DNA of 64,000 nucleotides from Podarcis bocagei (taxonomy: Eukaryota): NCBI GenBank assembly GCA_964188305.1, contig OZ076899.1. One strand, 5' to 3'. Shown here piece after piece: positions 1 to 11,648 of this stretch (positions within the stretch are counted from its first letter, which is position 1; every line of letters begins with the position of its first letter). A program made the position numbers and the translations under genes. The notes under the pieces are model-generated. The model saw only the letters and a list, made by a program, of their open reading frames with translations. It made no database searches and was not told the origin of the DNA.

Positions 1-1409
1 CTTCTGCCCTGAGCTGTTTCTATGTTGGCTGAGCATTACAAGAACTACTATTTAGGAACTGGTGCCTGAATTTGCTTTTCCCCTCTTCCTTCTGTGTCCC
101 CTTTCTCTGGTGTGTCATGCTTTTTTAGATCATAAGCCTGAAGGGACTGCTTTGTTTTAACTGACTGTATGCAAGCAGCTCTGGGAGGTTTTTCAGCTGG
201 CAAGTGGAGTACAAATGTTCTAAATGCATAATCAGTATATAAACATAGCAATCCTGAAAAGGGCTTTCATTGTGGATACTGAAAAGTAACAGTTTTAATT
301 GCCTATTATATTCAAAGCTCTCTAGTTTACACAACTGAGCTAATCAGAAAGGCATGAAATCTTTTGGGGGGGGGCAGGGAGCAATATTAAGCTCTCCCCA
401 TGCACATCACTCTGGTGGGTGTATGAAAAATGTGACACCGGGATGCAAAAATCTACACAGGCTTTCCAAGGAAGTTTCATCACCAGTTCATGATCACTGA
501 TCTCTGCAGCAAAAAAACCACAAAAACACCAATTCATGGATTTTTTGAAACCAAAATTTCATTCAAAACATTCCTCTATGTAGCAGAACCATTAGGAGAA
601 TTTGCCCTTAATGGAGTAACATTTGTACATGGTTGGGATTAGAAGATTATCCAATAACTAATTCTCTTCCACTAGGAAGAAAGTTAAGTAAGACTATGGA
701 GGGTTTTATTAAAACAGATCATTTCAAGAAATGTAACTTGGCGTAAACCAGAACTTCAGCTTTGGGTGTCCGACAAAGTATATAACGAAAAATGTTTACA
801 AAAACAATGAGCAAAACATATTATAGTTCACACATCTGTCTAATCACAGCTTTAGAAAAACTACATGGAAAATAAAGCTAAAGATTTATTAAAATCAGAA
901 GACTAACTTTTCAAATCATATGCTTTCAAAGCACAATAGAGGCTATCACTCTGAATAACTCACTCCAAGTAGCTCAATGCACAAGACTAGTGTAGCAAGA
1001 ATATGGTCGACCTTTCCTTTAATTAACATGCTGATTTGGAAATGTGTTTTGTAAAAGTATAATAATTCACAAATATGTTTTACACAAATATCACTATTTC
1101 CTGCACAATGTTTCTACAGCATCCCATGGTCCCTCCTTTCCTTCACTGATTTTCTATTTACTTCTCAGTCCTTGCCAAATAGCAGCTGCAGCTCACAATG
1201 AACATTCCCAGCCACAACTCTGCATGCTTGCAAGCGCTAATTTGACATGGCTATTTGTTCTGCCAGTTGCATCATTTTCAGCTGCAGAAATAATACTTTC
1301 CATACACTTATGCGTTCACCTACATTTAAATCAAGGAATTGCCCAACTGACCATAGTGCCTTGGAGCCCACTTCACCAATACTTTTTTGGGAGATTCAAA
1401 TAATCTAAC

Positions 1410-1520
1410 CTTGAAGGTGTATTTGGAACTATATCCTGACTGTCGTATGCGCACTGTCTCTCGCATCCCTGTGTACCGCAGCTGTCTAAGCACCTGGTTG
1501 TCGCTGAACCTCAGGGGAAG
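1410..1520 (-). CDS. MYO9A: MYO9A exon 21 (111 nt) [39 protein letters not shown]2/SH1 helix region
   Basis: Acceptor TTTTTTCAG, donor AAG|GTTAGA. Confidence 0.95.
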
Positions 1521-2073
1521 CTGAAAAAACAAAACATACAAGGGCCAAACAGTTACACATTGACTGCAAGTTCATCCAGGTAAGCAAGTTTCCATGGATG
1601 ACTTTGTTGGCTACCAGGGCTCACCGGTCCTTTGCTGACGGCTGCCCTTTAAATAGATCCCAGTCTACACCACCAGCATCAACCAGGCAATGGCCTCTAA
1701 GGAGGCTCCACTTGGGAAAAGGAAGGGTGGAGCACTCTCAGTCATTGTCTTGATGGAAGGGAAGGAGCCCAGCTGCTGTACCTCAGGCAGAACGAAGGAT
1801 ATGGGGACAGGGAGGATGTAAAAAGCCGTAGGAAAAAGGGGAGAAGCCCAGTGGAGACAGAGAACAGTCCGGGCACCTAAATAAGGCTCTTACACAGATA
1901 CTGGGGCAACTTGGTCCTTGGTCAAAGGCCTTCTTCAGGGTATCCCCCAAGCCCCAGAGAATGCAGTTAGATAGGAAATATCAGCGGTCTGTTTATCTAG
2001 TCCCCAATCCCTGGGGAGGCATAAGAATCCTAGATTTCAGCCTGCCAAGGCTAATGGTATGGAGAGGTATATT

Positions 2074-2214
2074 CAGTGCTTATTTTTTAAAGGGGGGGGG
2101 AGGTACTCAATGGTATGCAGTACCGGCACCTCTTTTGTTATTAAAAAGTGTGGCACTTACTCTAACAACTTCATGGTGAGTACCGGCACCTATTTCTCTA
2201 GAAAAAAAGCACTG
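2074..2214. mobile_element. Probable hAT-type MITE (CAGTGCT termini)
   Basis: CAGTGCTTATTTT...AAAAAAAGCACTG termini and an internal duplicated AGTACCGGCACCT; no clear TSD. Confidence 0.6.
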
Positions 2215-2719
2215 TCTTCTTTGGCATGAGACCCCGAGATGAAAATTTTTCACAGCCCTCTAGCTGCTATGGTGGCTCATTTACCAGATGTAATATATTT
2301 AGTGTATGGACTTTGCAAGGCTTGGTTTGGTCAGAATGGAGTATACACTTCCAGAGTTAACACTAAATACATTACTTCTGGAAAATGAGTCACCATAGCC
2401 ACTAGAAGGCTGTGAAAATCTGTCTCCTGAGTTTTCAGACTGGCCTACCCAGGTACTATTTGAAACTATATGGGCACAGCTCACCTACCCCACTGCTAGC
2501 TGAATCCTTGCTCCTGATGTATAGCAGGATGGTACTGAGGATTATTGCTATGTTGATCTGAAAGATCAAAAGGGCATGGCACCCCTTTACATTTATTTAT
2601 TTTTTTATTCAGATTTGTCATGGCCAATGGCTAGTATAATCAAGTTATTTGGATTGGCTGTAACAGTCCAGCAAAACTGATTTTCATTGTGGGTTACTTG
2701 GGATTGGAGAGCCATTTAC

Positions 2720-2800
2720 CTTGTCAGCATTGGAGCGAATGCACTTGACAAAATAGGGTTCTGCTTGGCCAAGGGTCTCCATCAATTTGGTAAGCGATGC
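2720..2800 (-). CDS. MYO9A: MYO9A exon 20 (81 nt) [27 protein letters not shown]
   Basis: Acceptor CACTTTAG, donor AAG|GTAAAT; PYFVKCI motif. Confidence 0.96.
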
Positions 2801-3284
2801 CTAAAGTGGAAAATAAAATTATGGAGTTGGCTTCTGCAACAATTATTTTGGTAAGAAAATAACATGTTGCCAAACCTCTCCTTATGCTATTTTTAAACTG
2901 TAATTTAACACACATATGAAATAGAAATTGTGATAATATTGCTTCTTATTGTAGACATTCAAAGACATGAAAATGGCTTTCCTATAGAATGCATAATAAT
3001 GGCATTAAGTACATATATGTAAATCTTCAAAAGCACGTCAATGGATCAGAACAATAGCATACATGTCCCTTAGCAGTTCTTCTTCTGGAATGCTGCATAT
3101 TTTATTCAAAATTCAGCTTCATTTATCTACTTAAGAGACAAGGTGTTCAGCTTACCTATAGGCCTGGACTGGAGGCTCCAGCTTGTGGAAATTCTGCGGT
3201 TAGACTGTTGATGGGGACAGACTATCACCAGGGACAGTTTCAGAAGACAGCTCTGGATGAGCATACCTGAACCACTTGGCTTTT

Positions 3285-3540
3285 GAATTAAAGGGTGCCA
3301 AAGGGCACTATAATGTCTCCAATGCTATTTAACATCTACATGAAGCCATTTGGGAGCAAAGTGTCATTGGTATGCTGATGATAGCCAACTCTATTTTTCT
3401 GTAATGTCTGACTTGGAAATGCTGAGAAGGCCCTGGACAAGTGTCAGTTAGATAATTTTTGGACTTATCGTATTGTGTCTAGTGTACACTGCTTATAGAC
3501 TATTGTGATTAAGCACTGAAATAAATAAATAAATAATAAA
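3285..3540 (+). mobile_element. Decayed L2-clade LINE fragment (RT region plus A-rich tail)
   Basis: Reads as GVPKG...SPMLFNIYMKP and YADD-like codons (tatgctgatgat), followed by an (AAAT)n tail. Confidence 0.6.
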
Positions 3541-4372
3541 GGCTTTTAATTAAAGAAGGTTAGAAAACTACTTAAAGCTATTTAGAGAGCATAGTACTGC
3601 TGAAATTAAAACAGCTTTGGCAGAAAGTATATGGGTAATTACTATACTGTTCAAAAATTTCAAACTGACATACAATTTATGTCCTGAACTTTATTAAGGA
3701 CTCATATGGGCATCTGTGGAGTTAGCAGTCACAGCCTATGCAAAGTATAAAGTCATATAATCATATCACTTTGACTTACTGTATATCACATCTGACAATT
3801 AATCAGTCTAGCCTGGTATTGTCTACACTGACTGGCAGAAACTTTTCAGGATCTGAATCAGAGTTCTATTTCCCAGTTGAGCTACCTCTGACTTTTTTTA
3901 AAAAAAATATGGAGGTAATAGGAGTGAAGCCGATACATGATGCACACAACGCATATATTCTACTACTGTGTTATGGTAGCTATGACCCCAAAGGGCTGAT
4001 TGATGTCTAAGGGATTTTAAAGAAGATCTAAGCCATACATAAATGGCTTGGCTTGCAACAATCTTTTCTTTAATGCGAGTCAGTTACTGAGTTGACTTAC
4101 ATAATGCTGGAAATGCCCAGAGGGAACTAGAAAATTTACTAGTTGGCCAAAAGAAAGAAAAAAAGACTGTGATGTAAAAATGAATGGGACAACCAGGGAT
4201 AATAAAGAAAATGGGAACTACAACCAATTGTTGTTCTTGTTGTTTTTTCCTAAAATGAAGAGTAGGCTGCATTCCAGTCCATCTAGTATCCCTATTTTAT
4301 TTCCATTGGAAATAGATATTCCACATGGTTTTCCTTAAGTTAAACTTCATGAAATTAACAGTGGCAAGTTAC

Positions 4373-4495
4373 CTGGAACTGGGCACTGATGCTTGGAGGC
4401 TTCTTCTTCTTGTGAAGGTGGAGAAGAGACTTTGTGATACGGTCATGGAGAGTTAGGTTCGTCAAGTGCTTGAGCGATTTCACTTCAAGCAAGTG
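4373..4495 (-). CDS. MYO9A: MYO9A exon 19 (123 nt) [41 protein letters not shown], end of loop 2
   Basis: Acceptor TTTCTTAG, donor CAG|GTAACT; class [22 protein letters not shown] signature. Confidence 0.96.
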
Positions 4496-4655
4496 CTAAG
4501 AAACACAAAGATTATAACTTTGGTTATGAGAAATTTGAACCAACATAAGCACAAATCTTTGCAAGAAACCAACAGTGGAGTATGGTACCCACAGGTCTCT
4601 GTCCCACCCTCCCCCTGCTGAAATTAGGCTTCCACTGTAGCCAATACAGTGATTA

Positions 4656-4789
4656 CTCCTTCTTTGGAGGTCTTTAAGCAGAGGCTTGACAACCATATGT
4701 CAGGAGTGCTCTGATGGTGTTTCCTGCTTGGCAGGGGGTTGGACTCGATGGCCCTTGTGGTCTCTTCCAACTCTATGATTCTATGATTC
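4656..4789 (+). mobile_element. CR1 LINE 3' end
   Basis: gcagggggttggactcgatg...ccaactctatgattctatgattc, the CR1 octamer tail. Confidence 0.8.
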
Positions 4790-5091
4790 AATAGAAGGCT
4801 TTTTTCAAGCCCAATTGCAGTTTGGAAGTGCAAAGTTTACTTTTGGGAGTCTCAACTATCAAGGAAAGAATAAATCTCTACCCTCCAGCTGTAAGCCTCT
4901 GAAATTGTTCCTCTTCAAAGTCTAATTGCTGCTGGGGGGCGGCAGTGATCTTCCTGGGGATTATAGCTGGAGAAGGGCCCATGCAATCCCATTTGAAATC
5001 ACCAGGAAAATAATCCACTGCCTCCACCCTCCCACTCCACTTGAAAAAAGTAAAACCCCTTTTTCAAAACCTAACAATCTCTGTGGTTGTG

Positions 5092-5147
5092 GTGCTCACA
5101 GCAGTTTATCTGGTTTGCAGTGCTCACAGCAGTTTATCTGGTTTGCA
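5092..5147. repeat. Perfect 28-bp tandem duplication
   Basis: gtgctcacagcagtttatctggtttgca x2. Confidence 0.95.
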
Positions 5148-5168
5148 AATGTGCCCATCACATTCATA

Positions 5169-5409
5169 CAGTGGTACCTCGAGTTACAAATGTCTCTGGT
5201 TACAAACGCTTCAGGTTACAAACTCCGCTAACCTAGAAGAGTTACCTCGAGTTGAGAACTTTGCCCCAGGAAGAGAATGGAAATTGTGTGCCAGCGGCAC
5301 AGCGGCAGCAAGAGGCCCCATTAGTGAAAGCACGCCTCTAGTTAAGAACAGTTTCAGGTTAAGAATGGACCTCCAGAACGAATTAAGTTCATAACTAGAG
5401 GTACCACTG
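5169..5409. mobile_element. Tigger/pogo-like MITE, family A, copy 1
   Basis: TIR CAGTGGTACCTC...GAGGTACCACTG with TA on both sides. Confidence 0.9.
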
Positions 5410-5574
5410 TACATCAATTGTATACATGGTGAAAACCACACTATGAGTTCATGGGCAGTGTACACTTTCTGTATGCTTATGAAAAAGGAATAGCCTTGTA
5501 AAAAACAGCATCATTTGTGAAATTAATCTAGTTTAAATATGTTAGCTCAGGTTCTCTAGCTCTAGTACTCTCAC

Positions 5575-5614
5575 CTTTGGAAGGTTAGGCTTGGCTTTGA
5601 AGTTCTTGTTTCGC
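5575..5614 (-). CDS. MYO9A: MYO9A exon 18 (40 nt) RNKNFKAKPNLPK
   Basis: Acceptor TTCTTTCTAG, donor AAG|GTGAGA; restores phase 0. Confidence 0.92.
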
Positions 5615-5810
5615 CTAGAAAGAAGCAACAAAGATCCATATTAAAGCAGCAGGGACATGTTAATGCTAATTTGTAAACTTTCATGAGAAAAACATTTGCT
5701 TCTGGTGTAATGGCAAAGCATGTACTAGTGCAGTGTCAACAAATCTAGAGTGAGTGCTGGTTTTATGTGGTCCCTCGCACTCTTGCTTGTGGAAGTGTGT
5801 GCATCTGTTT

Positions 5811-5937
5811 CAGGCATAGCAAACTCCAGATGTTTGGGACTACAATTCCCATCATCCCTGACCACTGGTCCTGTTAGCTAAGGATTATGGGAATTGTAGT
5901 CCCAAACTTCTGGAAGGCCGGAGTTTGCCTATGCCTG
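5811..5937. mobile_element. hAT-type palindromic MITE
   Basis: TIR CAGGCATAG...CTATGCCTG; 8-bp TSD atctgttt/atctattt; GGGACTACAATTCCC inverted pair. Confidence 0.85.
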
Positions 5938-6507
5938 ATCTATTTGAAGAGACACTGAACTGAAAATGCAAGTTTCACACATCTTTTTTTCAAACCCACT
6001 CAACTCCTAGTGACAAGCTTCTTTAGAACTGCAGACATTCTTTGACAATTAATTCAGATACCGTATTCTTCCAGCTGCATCTTTGAAGGGGTATTTGGAA
6101 ATTATAAAAGAGAATATAATTGATGTGATTACAATACTTTCACAAGTACCTAAAAGGAGATTTGTGTAACACAGGAACCCCTTTTAATTTATTAAATGTT
6201 CATAATAAAAACTGTGGCTCTACTGATCAGAGTCTCTGGTCAACTCCCAAGACCAGAAGAGAGTAATGGAGGCCTAGAACTGTTCAAAGGTTGCTTCCAT
6301 GTATTTTAAAGTGTCCCAGTTCTGCAGTCTGCCTCATCATCCAGATTTAAGATACACTTTTGAGGATTTTTGAATTGTAAATCTGTGTGCCTTGGGTGAT
6401 GAATGCTGAAGGGTAATAGAGACCTCTCTTACCCCAACTTGTCCCATGTTTGCTGCTATCCCTAGAGATCAATTTATCTTTGTAACAAAGAACAAATATG
6501 AACTAAC

Positions 6508-6651
6508 ATGAGGATGCCATGGGCTCTCTCCAAGAGTTTGCTGTTAGTTGAATTCACAAATATCCCATCTTTGTCGAGGAAACTGCTTTGGCTGGAGAGT
6601 CTGCTCTGTCGCACGCCCATCTTGCTGTTCCAACCAACTCCATACATATCA
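6508..6651 (-). CDS. MYO9A: MYO9A exon 17 (144 nt) DMYGVGWNSKMGVRQSRLSSQSSFLDKDGIFVNSTNSKLLERAHGILM, loop 2
   Basis: Acceptor ATTGCAG, donor CAT|GTTAGT. Confidence 0.93.
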
Positions 6652-6809
6652 CTGCAATGTGGGAAACAAATACACTTTATTGCTTAGATTTCACAAAGAA
6701 TATACCAGGTATTTTTTTTTTTTTTGTAAAAAGGTAACTTTCCAAAGTCACAATTTCATATGTAAAGCTCTTGCTCTAGAAATCTCACTTATCACACAAT
6801 CTGACTTAC

Positions 6810-6885
6810 CGCTGACTTTTCTCATTGATAGTGTTAACTCCTTGCAGATCTGAAAGTGGTGTTCTGGGACGTTTGCGGGCAATAC
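6810..6885 (-). CDS. MYO9A: MYO9A exon 16 (76 nt) IARKRPRTPLSDLQGVNTINEKSQR, loop 2
   Basis: Acceptor GCCACAG, donor GCG|GTAAGT; frame continuity. Confidence 0.93.
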
Positions 6886-9559
6886 CTGTGGCAGCATATC
6901 AACAAAAAAATTAACATTCTATTTAGCATTAGATAAATTCTCTGCACCAGCTTGGGAGGGGAAAAAATCAGACTGCAACATGTGCTGAAAATGGTACATG
7001 CTGGGAACTGGGGGAGGTGGGAGGGAGAAAGGAACCATAAACGAGGAGCCATGGCTGGTAATAATGGTATATTTGACTTAAGCTCTTAAAATAAAGAAAT
7101 GATGTCCTAAATTCGTTTGCCACAAAATTTACTTGTAATCCTACATATAAAGCCGTACTTAAAATATATATTTTTAAAAGATGCACATCTCTATATCCAA
7201 GAAACAACACAGAGGGGAAAGCTTTTATAGGAGGAAAATATTGCAACTAAGAGCCACACCTCCAATAAGATTATTATCTGTAAAAGATCCTTTCTGGTCA
7301 GCTGCTTTCTCCTTCTTATAAAAGTAGAACAATGCAGACCATATGAACACCACAAATTTGTGCAGAAGTAAGCCTCTGGATTCTATTAATAGCTTAACTG
7401 GAAATCTTTCTTATATACTGTGCTTGGACAACCTCCAACCTGGTAGCAGAGCTACCAGGAACAAAGTTCACTATTTTGGTCTGGGTATTTTCTTTTAAAA
7501 AGCCCAGAATTATGGTTCAATACATTTTACTGAATAGAAGATACACTTCTTAGCTGTTCCATCTTAAAAGCTACTGCATCTATTGCAAAGCATACAATGC
7601 AGAATTTAACACAAACATGGCTTGCCTTAAGTGGGCCTGAAAGTCTCAACTGAAATGCAAAACTATGGGGATTCTAACCTGTATTACTAACCCTAACATA
7701 AGTATTCAGAGATGGTGCAGTACAGTGGACAAGAAATGAATCAGGAAATTCTTGGTTCCTATTTCCCTCCTCCACCATGTCATAACAAATCAGATACAGA
7801 ACTGACCTAATCTACAGGGTTTTCTAAAGATTAGCTGATAATGTATATTCAGCATTTAGAACACTCAGTATCCTCAAACTGGATTTATAAAGGGAGTCAA
7901 CTGGCAGATAAGATTGGTTTAACAATTTTGAAACCTTTGAACCCAATCATCTGGTATGGAATGACCCCAAATTTTAGGTAACTAGATTTGCAAAATAAAT
8001 TTACTGGTTTGTTTCCCTTTGATATACCCTTGTGTAAGGGAAGTACAATATATATATATATATTATACACCCCACACAAACTTGGCTAGAAGTCAAGCCA
8101 TGACTTATTGCTTTTAATAAGGCCACAAATATCCTAATTAGCAAAATAAAAACCCACAAAAAACTGAGCAAATAATAACAACTCTTTCAGTCATAGTATA
8201 CCCATAGGACATGAAAAGATTACTGACGAGATAAATAAATATTAATAAATTAAGGTGATTCAATAAGCTAAAGCTCTAGCTTCATGATGAGATTTGAAGG
8301 TGAGCAGTCTTACTGTGTTTGGCAAGAATCACTCATGCAATGTAATCTTCTCTGAGCCTAGTCATTTTCAAAACATTAAATTAGCATTTGTAAACTTTAT
8401 TATTTCTTCCATGACCACTGAATACCACTGAATTTTCTTAAGAGCTGCTAGTGAGGCCCTTTTGTCAACAACTATGCATGAATTGCATCATTCATGATTT
8501 AAGAGCAACGAGGGATAATATTTATTCAATTTATTAGCCACCTTATACAAAGCGTCTCTAGGTCACTTACATATACAAATTAAAATAACCATTGGGTTTT
8601 AACCATAAAATACTGCCCCCCCCAAAAGCAATAAGCATGATTATTATACTCTCTCAAAAGCCTGGGAGGTGGTTAGTGCCGAGCAAGCAGGCATCCCTGG
8701 GAATAGCATCCCATAAATTAGAGGCCACAACTAAATATCCCCTCTCCCTTGCTGCCACCCTCTGATCTTCTCTCACATGATCTTCAAGTGAAGGGAGGTA
8801 TTCCATTTGGTATCAGGGTCCTGAGCTGTATAGGCCCTTTTTATGTTAGAACCAGCACTTTTGAGCCAGACTCAGAAACACAAGCATATGAGTCAGAACC
8901 AGTGTCATATGTGCAGGCTGCTTCATAATATGCTACTGTAATGTTCTGAAAATAAGTAGTCCCCTGTGGGGGAAGAGAAGCATTCAAATACATTAACAGA
9001 AAGCAATAAATGCCATCCCCTAAGGATTTGTATCGCACCCACTGCTACGTAACTGATTCATAAGGACCTAAAGTCATGGAATAAGGAGTGAGGTCTGCAG
9101 AAGTTTGCAAATTGTTCAGGACAGAAGAATCCCAAGCAGACCACGGATGTGTACCAAAAATAATTTGCAAAGTAAAAGTTATAGCAGTGTGACCTAACTA
9201 CTACTTTTGTGTTTTTATATTGTAAACTGCCCCGTGATGCTTGGATGAAGGGTGGTATATAAATTAATCAATGAATCAATCAATAATACTTGGTGACCAG
9301 TTGTCTGTAAAATCATACCATGCCTTCCAAACCTGATTAGAAATTCACAGAAGCAAGAGTCGGAAGTTTCTTCTCACTATGTGACACAGCACACGGATGG
9401 CTGGCCTAACAAGTGGTTACGCACACACTGTGGCAAAGCTACAGCTTGGTAAATCTGCATTCTCCCCATGGAAAGCTCCAAATAGGACGAATGGGCAACA
9501 AAATGGCTATTGAGATGCAGTGTAAGAGCAAACTGATAAAGACAGCCAGTATCTTAATA

Positions 9560-10175
9560 TATTTATATAAAATCTATTGTGCAACTTCATTTGAAACACT
9601 TGTGTGTAGTTCTGGTCACCTTAAGAAAGGATAATGTAGAGCTTGAAAAAGCAAAGGGCGACTAAAGTAACTGAGGGGTTGAAGCACTTTTTCCCTAATG
9701 GGAAAAGGCGGAAGTATTCCATACTTTTTGAATTAGAAGCAAGATCAGGGAAGGGCACAGCAAAGACTTAAAATTATGAATGATGTTAAAAAAAAGGAAG
9801 GCATTTTTTCTTCCTCTCTCTATGCTGGAACTCGAGCTAACCCAATGAACTTGATTAGCACAAGACTCAGGACAAACACAGTTTCACACAAAACGTAAAA
9901 CACTTTATGGATTTTGTTAGCACCAGCTATTGCGAAGAGCACTAACTGATACTTTTTTTAAAAAAGGTGGGGAAAATTCATTGGGCCTAATCAACAACTA
10001 TTGCCCTTGACTAGATGGAGCTAGATGCGGAGGACAAAGGGATGAATACCAGATGCTGAGGACAAACAGGAGAAGGCTGTTGACTTCCAGCTTCCCACAG
10101 GCATTTGGTTTGATGCTGCTGGAAACAGAATGCTGGCCTGGACGGACCTTTTGTCCAGCAGAGCAGTTCCTACGC
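9560..10175 (+). mobile_element. Old CR1 LINE 3' region
   Basis: Decayed ORF2 C-terminal text (ttctggtcacc...aaggataatgtagagcttgaaaa) and CR1-like 3'UTR (aacagaatgctggcctggacggacc). Confidence 0.55.
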
Positions 10176-11540
10176 TGTTCCATCCAAAACTGATTTCAGA
10201 GCACGCTTTTACATTTTTTTCTTGTTAATTATATATTCTTATATTCAAACACAGTGGGGAAAATCCATGTAATACAAGACTCATACAACTTCTTCAACTC
10301 AGTTCATACCACACCATCCGTTCAGCTCTTCTTATAGGGTAACACCATCCACACCCCTTGCAGAGGGAACACCAACCTTTGTGGGGGGTGGTAATCCAAA
10401 AGATACACAACATATACATGAGGGAAAGGCATTTCCTTTATTAAGATTAGAAGCGATGTGGCGTCTCTATAAGCCATTACAGCACAAATGCAAAAATGGA
10501 GGTCTATGAAGGAACAAGGTTTCAGTCTTCCTTGGAACCCAACACACTGAAAAGCTGAATCAATTCTGTCCAAGTAGTGAGGCAAACATTGAAAAGAAAC
10601 TTTTTAAAAAAAATATCTCCTGTTTCAAGAGTCTGAAATGGTGATGCGCCTGATCATTAAGGTGGAATGGTTACTGCATATGCAAAGCTGTTTAATGAGC
10701 AAGTTAGCATCAAGGTACCCTTCAGTAGGCTCCCAATTTAATTGTAACACTGAAACACCATGCGCTACTCTTTATGGCAGAGGGTGTTATGTTTCATGCT
10801 GCTAGATCCCTGCTCCTCCCACAACAGAAATCCAGCCATCATTAGTATCAAAGGCAAACGGGCCTGGTTTTCATGCAGGACTAGTTCATTATGTAACAAA
10901 CGGAAGTGAGGAGAAGGAAATGGAGACCAAGTGCATATCTATTCTCTTCTATGAAGGAAATCCTCCAAAGGCAGAACAGTTATTCTACATTGCACTAGAG
11001 TTCTCAAAAAGTGGAGCGTTTTCTTTTTTAAAAAGATGTATATACATTTATATCCACATGTAGACACTACTATATAAAAAAAGAGGGCACCAGAATTTGG
11101 TGGAATCTTGCAAAAAAAAAAAATCTAGCTAGAATAAATACAGATTAGATTATTCCTCTGTCTAAAGGCTGTCACTAATGAAAAGCTTTTAACTAAAATA
11201 TTGGGATACCTAGGAGATAGAATCAACAGTTTCTTCGGTAAAATGGCTCCATGCCTTAATCAGGTTTATATGCTGGAAAAATCTTTATGACTGAGGTAAA
11301 AACAGGATTCAGAGCATCCACTCAAACCTCTAGGGCCCATCCTGCCTATAAATTCCCAAGTAAGGGCACTAAGATCCCTCCTACGTTTTAACAGGTCTTG
11401 TCATTCAAGATGCCTTCAGGTTCTGCATTACAAGGTTCCAAGCATGGCTGCCCACCCTTGCTACTAAGTATGCTCCTGGTTTCCATTTCCTGCTGTGTGT
11501 GAGTGTCATGTCAGAGAGATGGTGGGATATGGCGCCTTAC

Positions 11541-11648
11541 TGTACTTCTCCTCCTTGCATCTCTGCAGGATCTCTAAGCTCCTCTGATGAACTGGGTGAT
11601 GGAGAAAGCTAAAACTATCCACACTTTTCAAAACCACATCATCATGCC
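11541..11648 (-). CDS. MYO9A: MYO9A exon 15 (108 nt, phase 1-1) GHDDVVLKSVDSFSFLHHPVHQRSLEILQRCKEEKYS, loop 2
   Basis: Acceptor GCTTCCCAAG, donor ACA|GTAAGG; matches recalled HPVHQRSLEILQRCKEEKYS. Confidence 0.92.

Noticed and set aside
340-490. C/D-box snoRNA (GTGATGA ... CTGA on the minus strand)
   Set aside because: No terminal stem or recognisable rRNA-antisense element; the boxes alone are expected by chance.
340-537. Strong-looking acceptor (TTTTTTTGCTGCAG at 504) as MYO9A exon 22
   Set aside because: In phase 0 it stops after 7 codons and does not resemble the expected converter sequence; the true exon 22 must lie outside the window.
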